DNA of 42,202 bases from Paraspadella gotoi (GCA_051294375.1 CM119268.1:19346727-19388928), one strand, 5' to 3'. Counted from the stretch's first letter, positions 14,532 to 27,187 are shown. The notes: generated by a model not told the origin, from the letters alone. Made by a program: numbers and translations.

Positions 14532-15252
14532 CAGAAGGCTTCATATTATAAAATGTGGTACCCCTTTTTTGTGACCAGAATCTGTTCCCACCAAAGTACT
14601 CGATCGAATTTTATGAAATTTTACGTATACAGTCCTCATGACGATATAAATGGAACTATCGAGGCGAATTTTGATATTCAACCCCTGATACAGGGTCTGG
14701 GGCTGGACCCCTGGGGGGCCAAAAAAGGCTAAATTTTTTTTATTTTATTTTAATATTTTTTAGTAGCGTCAGGTGAATTGACGTCTTAAACATGTAAAAA
14801 AACATTTTAGAACTAAAATTGATATATTTTCAATAATTAAGCATTGTTTGAAGATGCATGGTTTATCGTTTTACTTCCAATTTTCCAAAATTATTCCAGA
14901 TCTGACTTGAACAGCTGATGTTCATGAAGATGAAAATTAAGGTAAACTAACATTTTTGAGGAAATAAATAGGTTTTTGTGGAAGAGTAAACGTCTGTGCA
15001 ACTGTTCAAAACAAAAATATTTGAAAAATTTGTAAACAATTTTTGACCATTTTTTGCCCCAATGGGTGACCCCCCCAGAGGGCCCATATCTCGGCTCAGG
15101 GGTCAATTAATGAAATTCGCCTCGATATTTCTATTTGTATTCACATAGGGATCGTTCATTCCAAATTTCAATAAATTTGGTCCAGTAGTTTTCTCGGAAC
15201 GTGTTCTGGTCACAAAAAAGGGGTACCACATTTTATAATATGAAGCCTTCTG
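14532..15252. mobile_element. Tc1/mariner-type MITE
   Basis: ~49-bp perfect TIR CAGAAGGCTTCATATTATAAAATGTGGTACCCCTTTTTTGTGACCAGAA, TA on both flanks, and further imperfect inverted similarity internally. Confidence 0.92.
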
Positions 15253-15469
15253 TACTTAGTAGTTGTAACTGAGTAATTGCTTTTAAAAAATCACTGCTTC
15301 GTAACGGATACCCATGGATTAACCAAATTTATACCAATAGTTACTTTTTCTATAAATATTATTAACTTATAATATCTTTCATTTTAAAGGAATCTAACTT
15401 GATTTATTTTCAAAATGTTTTTTGGTGTCCTCTTTTTTTTGCGCAGGACTGTAAAATCAGTGAATTATA

Positions 15470-16457
15470 CCGGTGAGCCAAATCCGATGATACAAAAAAA
15501 ACCACTGCCGTACTTTACTGAGTTGAGATAGACTTACTCAGATTTTTTTAAATGATAAATAACTACTTGACTTTTTTGTGTATAAATTTTATTTTAATCA
15601 ATTATCATTAACAACTTAAAATCTATTTTCTCACAAAGATGGCAAAATTGTATTTGTTAAAAATCAAGTGCAATGAACAATTTTGAATTAAGTTTTTAAG
15701 GCAGTGTTTAAGATATATTGGTTTTTATTTACCCACTATTAAGTCCATAAACCTTTTGGTTTTTGAGAGAATGATTCTCAAGCCTTTATTAAAATAATTC
15801 TAGCTGGCTGACTTAGAAATTTCCAAAACTGCTTTTTTGTGCCAAAAGATTATAGGCAAGACAAAGATGTCTATTCACTGCCTATAATTAGCTTGCCCTA
15901 TATTGAAAAATTAAAGAAAGAGGAGTGCTTATGGCAAGACAATTTAAAAAATGGTAGTTTAAGCTTGAAAGAGTGACCAGTGAATCACAGCATCTGCTGC
16001 ATAAAAGTTTTTTACCTTAATATTTCAAGAAAAATCAGTTTGAGAAGAGGGGATATTCCTTAGCTATCCTGAGGTTCCAAACTGTAAAATCTTATTTTCT
16101 TCTTTTGATGATTTAGAACTAGAAAGGTTTGTAAGTAGAAATCAAAGTTGTTATGAGCATTCAACTTTTGTAATGGACAAAGTTAGTAAGCAGAAACCAA
16201 AGTTGTTATGAGCATTCAACTTTTGTACTGAACAAAGTTTTTTGCTTCATGAAAAATATTTTTTTATAGCAATGCCGAGTTTTTTGTACTGGTTTTGGTA
16301 GCATTTTGAGAATGTTTTAAAGTGTTTTTAAGCAATGTTTTGAACTTTTTAAAAACGTCAATTGTTTTTCTTTCAATTGCTGTTATAATTTTTCTTATTG
16401 GCATACAGTTTACATATAAAAAAATTTTCTTTCGTACCATCGGATTTGGCTCACGGG
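15470..16457. mobile_element. Tc1/mariner-type non-autonomous element
   Basis: TIRs CCGGTGAGCCAAATCCGATG / CATCGGATTTGGCTCACGGG flanked by TA; internal ~55-bp tandem duplication at ~16135-16240. Confidence 0.85.
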
Positions 16458-16781
16458 TATATAATATATAATATATAATATTATATACATATATTATATT
16501 ATATATATTTTTAAAAGCGCGTTTGGAATCTGAAATCTGATATAAAATTGAATTGATTCGCTTCGGTCGACGCTTTCTTTAAGACCTTTTGATCTTCGCT
16601 TTCCTTTTTCTTTTTCCTTTTTTATACATATATTCTTTTTTTTTTTGTTCTGCCTCTGATTCCCTTTCTCTTTCTCTTTTTCTTAAAAAAAAAAAATATT
16701 TTCACCCTTGATTTCCACTTCTCAACTTCCTCCTCTTCTTCCTCCTCTCCTTCCTCCTCATCTTTCTCTTCTTCCTTCTCA

Positions 16782-16812
<31 letters not shown>

Positions 16813-17475
16813 ATTTTTCTTCCTCTCCTTCCTCCAATTCTAAATCGCTTCATATTCGTGAATTATCTTCACCTCTCGTTTTCCTCCGATCTTTAACTTT
16901 TGCCGCTGTGACCTTTCACTCCGCGTCTCTTTTCACACCTAACCTCGCATCTTTTCACTTCTATCATCGCATCTTTTCACTTCTATCCTAACCCTATTTC
17001 TCTTAACTTCTTCCCCTGATTATTTGAATGTTTTTCTTAATTCTCATTTACTCTTTATACTTTATTCCTTCATTTTTCACTTTCGATATTCTCTCTCACT
17101 GTCTCCCACTGGAATATCCGATTCTGGCCTCGTTCACGGATATTAAGTCTTTCCAACTCTTTTTCCTCATTTCATCACATTTTCCCTTTTCCCCCTCATT
17201 TCCACCTTATTATCCCTACTTCACCGCTTCCCCCTCCTCCCCTAATCCTTCTATCACCCTACCCTCCCTTCCTCCTGCTCCCCCCGTCCCAAAATCGCCT
17301 CCGTGACCCGGAGGTATCATCCATAAAGACGATGCGGGGGTTATTTCTGTGCCGCCGGCCGGTCGAAGGCTTTTAAGACCGGCGAGAAATAGTTGAGGAA
17401 AAGGGTAAGAGAAGAGGGGAAAAATGGAGAGAGAGAGAGAGAGAGAGAGAAGAGAGAGAGAGGAGAGAGAGAGAG

Positions 17476-17536
<61 letters not shown>

Positions 17537-18027
17537 AGAAATGAAAGAAAGAAACGATAAAGAATGACAAGTTGCCTTTTCTATCGCTCGTTTTCTTGAT
17601 TGATGCCATCATTTCTTCCTTTTCATTTTCTTTTTGTAAAACTTTTTCACACTTGATTATATTTCGCTTTCGTTAAATATACGTTCTCTACTTTTTATAT
17701 ACCAACGATTTCTTTTACTTAGCTATGATGTTTCATGGCAAACATTTCTTTTATTTAACCTCCTTTCCCGTTTCACATTCTTCCGTTTGCCGAGGGCCAA
17801 ATCTTCTATTGTTTCCATTATCGCCGTTCCTATTTCCGCCTTTTTATCTCTCTCTCTCTCTCTCTCTCTCTTAGTGCTCAAAGCTATCTAGCTCGAAGCT
17901 GTCCGAGAATTTCTTGTGGTATTAAGGTGAAAAATCTTTGGGCAAGAGCAAAGGTGAAGAACTCAGAGAAGCGCCCTCCAGGCATCGGCTTGCTTAACAG
18001 CCTCGTTGAAAGAGTTAAAAGAGAGGG

Positions 18028-18117
<90 letters not shown>

Positions 18118-18315
18118 CAAAGTAAAAGAAAAGAGAAAGAAAAGAGTAAGAAAAAACAGAAAAAAAAATCAACTGACAGAAAATAGGAAAAACATGTAAC
18201 ATTTCGTTAATGATAATTTTATATATGTAAATAATGTAAATTAAAAAAAATTGAAAAAAGATCGACATTGTTTTCAACTTTTCATCTTCCGCCTTTAATC
18301 TCAAGGAGAAATGAG

Positions 18316-19238
18316 TTTTTTGTCGGATCTGCTTAACAGCAGATCACGACTCTATTATTCACTTTGTCGGTCCGTCGGTCCGCCCCCTCAATCTTGTCAG
18401 GCATTCACTTATATCATATCAGAACATTGAATTATGATAAATTATGCAAAAAAATGATGTCCGCCCGTCTGTCTGTCTATCTGTCTGTCCGTGTGTCTGT
18501 CAGGCCGTCCGTCCGTCCCACCTTAACAAAAAACTACTCGTGATTGGATGAATGGATTGGAATGAAATTTTGTTTGTGGGTAGGGAAGTGTGTGATTGAG
18601 CGGGATATGAAGTTTCGATGGAATTGTGCGAGTGGAAATGAGTTTAAATGGAAAAAAACAACAAAATCTATTTAACTATTTGATCGCCAATTACTCATGA
18701 GTGAATGGGGCGATTGGCTTGAAATTTTGTAAGTGGGTTGGAAAGTGTGTGATTAAGCTGGAAATTATGTTTCTATGGAATCGTCTGAGTGGAAATGAGT
18801 TTAAATAGAAAAAAACAAAAACCTATTTTACTAATTGATTATGCTTCTTTTTCTTTTTATATTAACTGTTAATGCAAGATGTATTGATTAATCAAATAAT
18901 TATTTAGTTTATTAATCAATTAGTCTATTAATTAATCAATAATTAATTAATCGGAAAATAAATTAATCAATGAGTTATTCAATCAATCAATTTATTTATC
19001 TATTAATCAATTATTCAATCAATCGATTTATTTATCAATTAATTATTTATTTAATAAATCAATCAAACAATAAATCAAATCAATCGTTATCGTCGTCGTC
19101 GCGCTCATCGTCGTCGTTGCTTTTGTCGTGACGAAAAGACCCACAAACAAACATTTTGGATTAAATAAATTAATCTATTAATTAATTACCGCTAATGATT
19201 GTGTGCAGATCCGACATTGTTTGCTCAAACTTGTTTTT
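18316..19238 (+). mobile_element. DINE-1/HINE-like Helentron-associated non-autonomous element
   Basis: 12-bp subterminal inverted repeats TGTCGGATCTGC (18321-18332) and GCAGATCCGACA (19205-19216), 5' partial IR GCAGATC (18339), (GTCY)n microsatellite, 3' hairpin GTTTG-CT-CAAAC and T-rich ends. Confidence 0.8.
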
Positions 19239-19288
19239 TCTTTCAACTCATCGCAAATTATGCAAATTTTAAACTTTCGCAGCTGAGA

Positions 19289-19343
<55 letters not shown>

Positions 19344-20397
19344 GGAGAGAGATGAGAGAGAGAGAGAGAGAGAGAGAGGCATGATATGACGGCGGTTGTG
19401 TTGCGTTGGTTGCTCCCCGAGCAATCAGTGACGTAATGGCCGGGATTGAGACGCCAGTGATAATAGGATTCCGGAAGAATAGAATGGAGATTTACGGAAG
19501 AAATTGGCCGGAGGAAAGACAGGGGAAAGAAAATGGAGAAAGGAGGAAAAGAGAGGATGGAGGATGGGGAGGAAAAGAAAGAGATAAGGTTAAAAAAGTA
19601 AGAGAATGGAGGTTGGGGAGGAAAGGAAAGAAAGAAGGTTAATGGAAAAAGGAGGAAAAGAAAGGATGGAGATTTGGAAGAAAGGAAAGAAAGAAGGTAT
19701 AAAGTGTAAGAGAATGGACGTTTGGGAGGAAAGGAAAGAAAGAAAGTTTAAAGAGTAGGAGAATTGAGGTTGGGAGGAAAGAAAATAAAGAAGGTAAACG
19801 GAGAAAGGAGTATCTTGGGGAGGAATGGAGGAAAAGATTTCGAGAAAATAGGAAAAAAGGGGGTGACTGGGGGAAGGGGTAAAACTTAAAGAATTGAAGA
19901 AGGCGAGAAGAGCGGCTGGGCCAAAATCTTTGGAAAACATTAAGCTTAAATGGTCGGAATCAAAAGAAATCATGGAGGGAAAAGAAGGAAGNNNNNNNNN
20001 NAAAAGAATGGAACGGAGAAAGCTTGAAAGAAAGAAAGATTATGGAAGCTGGAAAAGAGGGAGAAAGAGCGAATGAGATAGAAAAAGAAGTAAAGAGAAA
20101 AGGAGAGAATTCGAAAAAGAAAGAGATAGAGATAGAGACGGATGGACGAAAAAGAATAAATTGATCCCAAGGAAGAAAAAAGTATGACAGAGAAGAAGAA
20201 GCGAAGGAGAAACTATTGACAGATGAGGAAAAAGAATCGTATGGAGGGAAATCAAAGCCTTAGACAGAAGAGGGGGGAAAGATAGAATAGGATGAAAAAC
20301 AGAACGGGAGATGAAAAAAAAATGGGAGGGAAAAAATTAAGAGAGAGGAAAGGAGAGAAGAGGAAGGAAGATAGATATGAGTAAATTAAAAATTTTA

Positions 20398-20590
20398 TAC
20401 CACTTTATTGATAGGGAAACCAGGTACACAGGAGGTGAGAGTCTTGATTGACAGCTTGTAAGGTCCTGCTATGTCGTCATCATGAAAGTGTGATAGAGGC
20501 CTTAACTCACCATAACCTCTCCAAAGTCAGGGGCAAGATAGCTTATCTATTAAACGAATGGATAACTTTTACATTAGTTGTACCAAATAA
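20398..20590. repeat. Dispersed ~200-bp repeat, copy 1
   Basis: Similar to ~39857-40080 (TACCACTTT..TTGATAGGGA..CCAGGTAC...GGTCCTGCTAT...GGGCAAGATAGCTTAT...TGTACCAAAT). Confidence 0.75.
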
Positions 20591-20854
20591 ATAGAGGAAA
20601 AAAGAAAGAGAAAAAGATGGAAGATGGTCGGAAACTTGATGAAGAAAATTACGGCGTCTAAATTAGAAGAATAAAGAAAAAGGAAAGATTGAAGCCGAAA
20701 AAGAAATAAAATAATAGTGAATAAAGAAAGACGATGAAAAAGGAAAAGGAAAGGAGAAAAAAAAAGACGAGCGATAAATAGCGAAGCGCGTCTATAGAAA
20801 GAATTATTATATGAGTGGAAAGGAAAAGAAAAAAAAGGGAGAAATAAGGAAAGA

Positions 20855-20999
20855 TTAGATTATGGATAGGGAAAGAAGATAGAGGAATTCAAGGAGTTGA
20901 CCGCAGGTACTATGACTTGACGTCGAATATGTATATAATGTAATCAAGGTATCAATTAACAGTGACGGAGAAGCCACTGGTTTATAATACGTTGATTGG
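20855..20999 (-). CDS. Possible terminal exon of IgSF gene
   Basis: TTTTTGTACAG acceptor after a long pyrimidine tract. The phase-2 frame QSTYYKPVASPSLLIDTLITLYTYSTSSHSTCGQLLEFLYLLSLSII* matches the 22898 donor only if the 26-bp repeat is single-copy. Confidence 0.3.
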
Positions 21000-21149
21000 C
21001 TGTACAAAAAAACGTAAATCAAAGTAAAATAGCTGTAAAAGAGAGAGAGAAGGAAAAAAGGAAAAGAAAGAAGGAAAAGAAAGAAAGAAAAAAAAAAGAG
21101 AGAAAAGAAAGAAAGAAAAGAAAGAGGGAAAAGAAAGAAAGAAAAAAAG

Positions 21150-21154
21150 AAAAA

Positions 21155-21230
<76 letters not shown>
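21150..21230. repeat. (GAAA)n microsatellite
   Basis: Read directly. Confidence 0.95.
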
Positions 21231-22925
21231 CGCCTCTTTTCTCTCTTTCTCTTTTCCATCCTCGTCTAATGCGATTCTCGGGCGGGGAAATTTTTTTCAT
21301 TGCCGAGGGGAAATGGCGCCGTTAAGCCGAGTAGGTGGCGCTTTGAAAAAGTATTAGGTTCTTTTTTTTAGGAAAAAAAAAAAACTTTTACGCTCTTCGC
21401 TTTCAAAGTTTAATATTCGCTGCTCATCCGATGAAAGATAAAAAAAAGGAAACTGGTTGAGTCATCGATGGCTGCGAGTTCGGAAAAAAGGAATGACGGA
21501 AAAACAGTTTTTGTCAACAAATTGGTTGAAAAACAAAACAGTTTCAATAAGAATGGATTGAAGAAAAACACGGTATGAAATATTGAAAGATGAAAATGAA
21601 ACAGCTTTATAGGGTGACCTGATAGTTAACAATTTGAAACAAAGTTAGATAAAATTTTGTTTGGTAAAACACTAATTGGGCTAATCGACTAAAATGAAAC
21701 CAAATTATGGAAAACTGTTGATAAAACAAGCGAGCGGAAATAAACATTATGACATTAAGTACTATACTATACTATACTAAGACGAAAAAAGAGCGGGAAA
21801 ATAAACCAGGATAAATCAGAATCGTATGAAACAATCATGAAAGAAAAATCGGCCCTAAATTGCCAGAACGCCCCATTCCAACAAAAATTTGGGATTAGGT
21901 TAATTTTAAAGTTAAAGATTAGGTTAGGGTTTATGATTAGGTTAAGGCTTAAATTAATGATTTAATTTAGGGTATAAGTTACTGATTAGGGTTTAGAATT
22001 ACATTACAGTTTTGGATTAAGATTAGATATAAAAGTTAGAGGTTGGGTTATATGTTTAAAAATGTATTTAAGCCAAACATTATCGCAGGAGACTAAGCCT
22101 TACCTAAAGTAAAATCGGATCGAAGGATTAGGCAATCGCTACAGAATCGTATTGGCATCGACCAATTAGCTTGCAGAAGCAAGGGAACCATCAAAATATT
22201 TTTTTGACCTCGATCCTTCTCTCTAGTTATAAATAAACCTAGGTTCTGGAAATCCATGAATTTTTTCCTTAAATGTGGTGGCAGCGGTAGGATTTGAATC
22301 TACACCTCTGAATTAATTTAATTAAATTCCAGACTAAAGGAACAATGTTTGGGTGCTCTGGGAAAAGAGAGCCGAAAAAAACAAGAAAGGAAGAGAGACT
22401 CGAGAGAAAAAAAAGCTGGAGGATAAATGAGCGCGTGAAGAATTAAATCCGCGCAAATTAGCATTCGGTTGCCATGGAAGCGAAAATCGCTAGAGACAAA
22501 AAAGGCAGGAAATTTGAGACGTGCAACGGATGCAATGCCGGAGATGGATTCTGTAATCTATAGAGTTAAACTTGTAAAGAAGTAAAAACGTTGTATAACA
22601 TTGTAAAAAATTGGAAACAATATTTTGTTGTAAAATATACGGTTGGAGTAAAAATATATCAAATTACACAAATTTAAAAATAGCTTTTCACAAATTTTAA
22701 AATTTTAAATTTTTTTTTCAAGGAAAATTTTATAAAAGCTTATGTTTAAACATAAAAAATTGAAGGATTATATACATATATATATATATTATATACATTT
22801 ATTAGGTCAGAATTCATAAAAAACCGTATTTTTAGAAAATTATTTAAAATGCCCTGAGGGTTTTTTATTTTACACTTTTATTAATTTGATTGTTTACCCT
22901 CCTCTGCACAAAATTCGTTCATAGG

Positions 22926-23086
22926 AAAACGGAGATGATTCATGTCTGACAAAAACGGAGATGATTCATGTCTGACAAAAACGGAGATGATTCATGTCTG
23001 ACAAAAACGGAGATGATTCATGTCTGACAAAAACGGAGATGATTCATGTCTGACAAAAACGGAGATGATTCATGTCTGACAAAAAC
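22926..23086. repeat. Perfect 26-bp minisatellite, 6 copies (AAAAACGGAGATGATTCATGTCTGAC)
   Basis: Read directly; units end at 22950, 22976, 23002, 23028, 23054 and 23080. Confidence 0.97.
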
Positions 23087-23122
23087 ACTCCGCTTCCCCC
23101 GTGAGGTCAGAATGTCTCCGAC
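23018..23122 (-). CDS. IgSF gene cytoplasmic exon that terminates inside a 26-bp tandem repeat
   Basis: (CT)n-TTGTCTGCCAG acceptor, phase 0. Translates VGDILTSRGKRSVFVRHESSPFLSDMNHLRFCQT*. Candidate donor GTAAAC at 22897. Confidence 0.55.
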   Translation of the reverse strand, partial: VGDILTSRGKRSVFVRHESSPFLSDMNHLRFCQT

Positions 23123-23129
23123 CTGGCAG

Positions 23130-23194
<65 letters not shown>

Positions 23195-23841
23195 GGCCGC
23201 AAGGTCAGGTGACGTGGGCCTTTAATAGGCGTCATTAGTCGACGCCCAAATCTGGACTAACTCTGCCGCCATTTTATGGGTTGGAGCCGATTATCCGGAG
23301 AGGAAAACCACCTGCGACTCTGGCAAATATTTTTTATTGGACCTTTCTTTCTCCTTTTTTTAAGGTTTGGGTTGTTCTACGTTTTCATTTTCATAAATGT
23401 TTGCAAGAAAAACGGAGGCATAAGTGTGAAGAACAGTTAAATTCTTTTAGATTATGGATTGAACAGAGTTACCTTTTTTACAAGTCGCAAAACCTTTGTT
23501 AACGCATTGATTGTCTCCAGAGCCATCAGCCCTTTCTGCTCTCCTGCTCTACCTCTTCTCTGCTGGTCTCTTCTTCTCTCATCATCATCTCTCATCATCC
23601 TCTCTCATCGAATCTCGATCTCGTGCTTCTCTCTTCATCTCCCTCCTCCTCTCTCATCCCTTTTCTCTCGTCTCTCTCTCTCTATTTCAAGCCAGTCGCT
23701 ATTTTCTCTTTTTTCTCTCCGCTATTGTCGCGTCGCTTTTCTTACTGCTCCGCTTCCCTTTTGTTAGAAATGTCAACACGCGACGATTGGCAAGTGAAAT
23801 AGTCCGCAAGACTCCGCCCTTCGCCTTCCCCAATGTATTAA

Positions 23842-23877
<36 letters not shown>

Positions 23878-24349
23878 AGAAGAGGGAGAGAGGTNNNNNN
23901 NNNNNNNNNNNNNNNNNNNNNNNNNNNNNNNNNNNNNNNNNNNNNNNNNNNNNNNNNNNNNNNNNNNNNNNNNNNNNNNNNNNNNNNNNNNNNNNNNNNN
24001 NNNNNNNNNNNNNNNNNNNNNNNNNNNNNNNNNNNNNNNNNNNNNNNNNNNNNNNNNNNNNNNNNNNNNNNNNNNNNNNNNNNNNNNNNNNNNNNNNNNN
24101 NNNNNNNNNNNNAAATAAATAAATAAATAAATAAGTAAATAAATAAATAAATTTTTAAAAATTAGTGCTTGCTTGTGTCTTTAAAATTTAAACAACGGTT
24201 TTAATAACGAAGTTAGGGTAAATCAATCGAGCAATCAATCAATTATTCAGTCAATTAAATAATCAAACAATCTAGAGATTATTCAACAACTTAAGTGAAC
24301 CAATCACCAATAAAGAACTTCAGTTGGTCAATATAAATTGTTCACCTAC

Positions 24350-24606
24350 CGTTTTATAAATATCCGCGGAAGGGAATCTGTGACAAGCGTCTCTGGAGAC
24401 GCTGTGTACGAGATGCTGCTGCTGCTGTTGTTGTTGCTGCTGCTGATTCTCCTGCATGACGGCCTCGGTGATGACGTCACATCCGGCTATGACGTCGCAT
24501 CCGGGGGTCGAGGCCGAGGTCATCGCGTTGTGGTGGTGGTGGTGGAGGTGGTGGCGCCGGCGATGGTGGTGAAGGTGACCGTCAGAGGCGCAGAATTGGA
24601 GTAAGC
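24350..24606 (-). CDS. IgSF gene exon: cytoplasmic His-rich/poly-Gln segment
   Basis: AG acceptor at 24607-24608, GTAGGT donor, phase 1 to 0 matching the TM exon. Translates GLLQFCASDGHLHHHRRRHHLHHHHHHNAMTSASTPGCDVIAGCDVITEAVMQENQQQQQQQQQQHLVHSVSRDACHRFPSADIYKT. Confidence 0.78.
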
Positions 24607-25457
24607 CTTTTTATGGNNNNNNNNNNNNNNNNNNNNNNNNNNNNNNNNNNNNNNNNNNNNNNNNNNNNNNNNNNNNNNNNNNNNNNNNNNNNNNNNNNNN
24701 NNNNNNNNNNNNNNNNNNNNNNNNNNNNNNNNNNNNNNNNNNNNNNNNNNNNNNNNNNNNNNNNNNNNNNNNNNNNNNNNNNNNNNNNNNNNNNNNNNNN
24801 NNNNNNNNNNNNNNNNNNNNNNNNNNNNNNNNNNNNNNNNNNNNNNNNNNNNNNNNNNNNNNNNNNNNNNNNNNNNNNNNNNNNNNNNNNNNNNNNNNGA
24901 GAGAGAGAGAGAGAGAGAGATGGTAGAGGGCGGAATAAACCGGAATAAACCTGAACCAACATAAAACCATCAAAGTTTTTTTCCTTCGAGAATCAGAATT
25001 TCAACTCGACCTACAAGAATCACTTTTCCTCTTTACTTTTTTTTTCGATGCATTTTTTTCTAACTCGTAACTGATATTCCCAAATGTTTCTTCGTATTGA
25101 TTTCGGTTTACATTTTACGAATTGACTATTTTCACAAATATAAAACATACGCATAGTATCATCTATTGGTACATAGCTTATTTTAGGATATAGTCGCCAC
25201 AAAACTAAACAAAACAAGTTTTAAAATTTTGGTATAAATTTAACGATTTAGTTCAAATGCGATTTTTTAAAAAAAATTATTAAAAATACCGGGTCTTCGT
25301 CCTACTAAGAGTGGATTATCTCATTTTTAAGGTTCCAAAAATGTTACATTTACCTATTTAAACAACAATCATATTCTAAAACCACAAACAAACAAATTCC
25401 TCTCTCCCCCTCCCTTCACTCCTTCCCCGCCCCGTCTCCCTCTCTATCCTTCTTCAC

Positions 25458-26139
25458 CCTTTTTATAGAAGACGACGAGAATGGCGGCGAGGGAGAGGAA
25501 GAGGAGAAGGACGAAGAAAGACACGGTGACGAGAATGATTCTCGAGTGGCGCGTCAAGAATCCCCCCACTGCATCCGAGGAAGACGAACCCCGACTGATG
25601 CTCGTCCCNNNNNNNNNNNNNNNNNNNNNNNNNNNNNNNNNNNNNNNNNNNNNNNNNNNNNNNNNNNNNNNNNNNNNNNNNNNNNNNNNNNNNNNNNNNN
25701 NNNNNNNNNGTAGGGTTGGTGAGGTGGTGGAGAAGAGTGGAAGCAGTAACACCCACAGCAAAAACAACCACAGGAAGAGCGATCACGACTGCAGTAAAAG
25801 CGACAGCAGCAAAACCGCGGCAGCAGCCAAGACCCCAGCAAAAACCGCAGTACGAACAGCCACATCAGAAAAAAAAATCCTCGACAACGACAACAGCAAC
25901 AATGACAACAGCAACAACGACAACAGCAACAACGACAACAGCAACAACGACAACAGCAACAACGACGGCAGAAACTACGACAGCAGCAACAACGAGAGCA
26001 AAACCTACGACTGCAGCAATAGCAACAGCAACAGATATATCAACCCGCGAGAGTTTTTTTACCGGAGAATTCGTCGTTGGAAGGCAGACGGTCGGAGTTG
26101 AAGTCGTCGACATCGTCGTCGTCGTGACCGGACGAGAAC
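25458..26139 (-). CDS. IgSF gene exon: Thr/Ser-rich stalk plus transmembrane helix (gapped, not open as assembled)
   Basis: CTCCAG acceptor at 26140. The start reads VTTTTMSTTSTPT in one frame. After the N gap it reads GTSISRGSSSSDAVGGFLTRHSR-IILVTVSFFVLLLFLSLAAILVVFY-KK (TM plus basic stop-transfer residues), followed by a phase-1 GTGAAG donor. The middle part is mucin-like only on the + strand. Confidence 0.65.
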
Positions 26140-27187
26140 CTGGAGTGAAAAAGACTTTGAATATATGATTAATGTTTTTTATAAAATTAAGTATGACTAT
26201 GAAATAAAATGAATGAAAATGAAGAATCCTATTGATATTATCTGTTCGTATCTTCTCATCAAGAGTTCAGAAATTTAGATGAATGCTTCAAAAAAAAAAA
26301 GTTTGTAGCCTAATTAGAAAAAAAAAATACCTAAATTTTGAGAGAATTTTAATTTTAATTTTAATAGAGACAAAATTGAAAAAAATCATTACTCTAAAGC
26401 TCTCAATGATTTTTAAAATCTGAACAAAATATCCGTATAATATAATATAATATAATCCGTAAAATATACTCTCTCTTAGCTTTTAGAAGTTTATTAATTA
26501 TTTTTAAATTCTTTGATATTATGCTTTTTTTTTGATGCATCAAAGGCGAGGTTTGGAGGAAAAAATGTTTGAATAATTATTGTTAAATCTCATTCTAATA
26601 CATAAAAGATAAAAATATTTTTGGAAGTACTTATTTGTACTATAATAATGCTTTTGGCAAGGTATACATGGTATTTTGGTTAAAAAAATTTAAAGAAAGC
26701 AGGTAGAATTGGGTAAGTTACTGTTCTGGTTTAATTTTTATTAACGATATTGTCACATAATTAAATTTATTCATGTAAGATTTCTTAATGCATAATAAAA
26801 GCGTCAAAAAGGTAAGAAATACATAAAGTATTTGACAATTTAAACATATTCGTTATAATCTGCCTAAAATTTTGTTTTACTTACCTAAAAAAAAAATTAA
26901 ATAGGTTTAATTTGGATAGTCATAAAAAGCTTAAAATCAGGTGAATTGTAGATAAGACATAACACTGTCATGTTCAAAAACGACCACTGAAAGATATTAA
27001 CAAATATAGCTATTATCGTATACAATACAATGCGCTCATAAAAATGTTTTGAAACCATCCAGGACGCATTGTAGTTGCTTAAAAATTTTTTTTTTCATTG
27101 TATATAAAAGTAATTTTGTCACTCATTTTATTATTATTGTATCAAATAGTTCAGACAGGGCAGGACGTTAAGTTTTGTTTCGATATA

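Noticed and set aside
14272-15453. Outer Tc1-like element enclosing the 14532-15252 MITE
   Set aside because: Only TACAGTCCT matches between the two putative ends, which is insufficient.
21890-22050. Interstitial telomeric repeat (also ~1390-1420)
   Set aside because: Only highly degenerate TTAGG(G)-like words, with no regular array.
22926-23086. CRISPR-like regular repeat
   Set aside because: Units are head-to-tail with no spacers, there are no cas genes, and the context is eukaryotic. The same applies to the arrays at 28155 and 34560.
25865-26113. Val/Ala-rich ORF as the transmembrane domain
   Set aside because: It is the antisense reading of a Thr/Ala repeat and is far too long; a conventional TM followed by KK exists at ~25460-25540.
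25481-26168. Independent plus-strand mucin or Asn-rich gene
   Set aside because: Its flanks are the antisense of the IgSF stalk and TM exon and no plus-strand splice structure was found; treated as a possible inversion instead.
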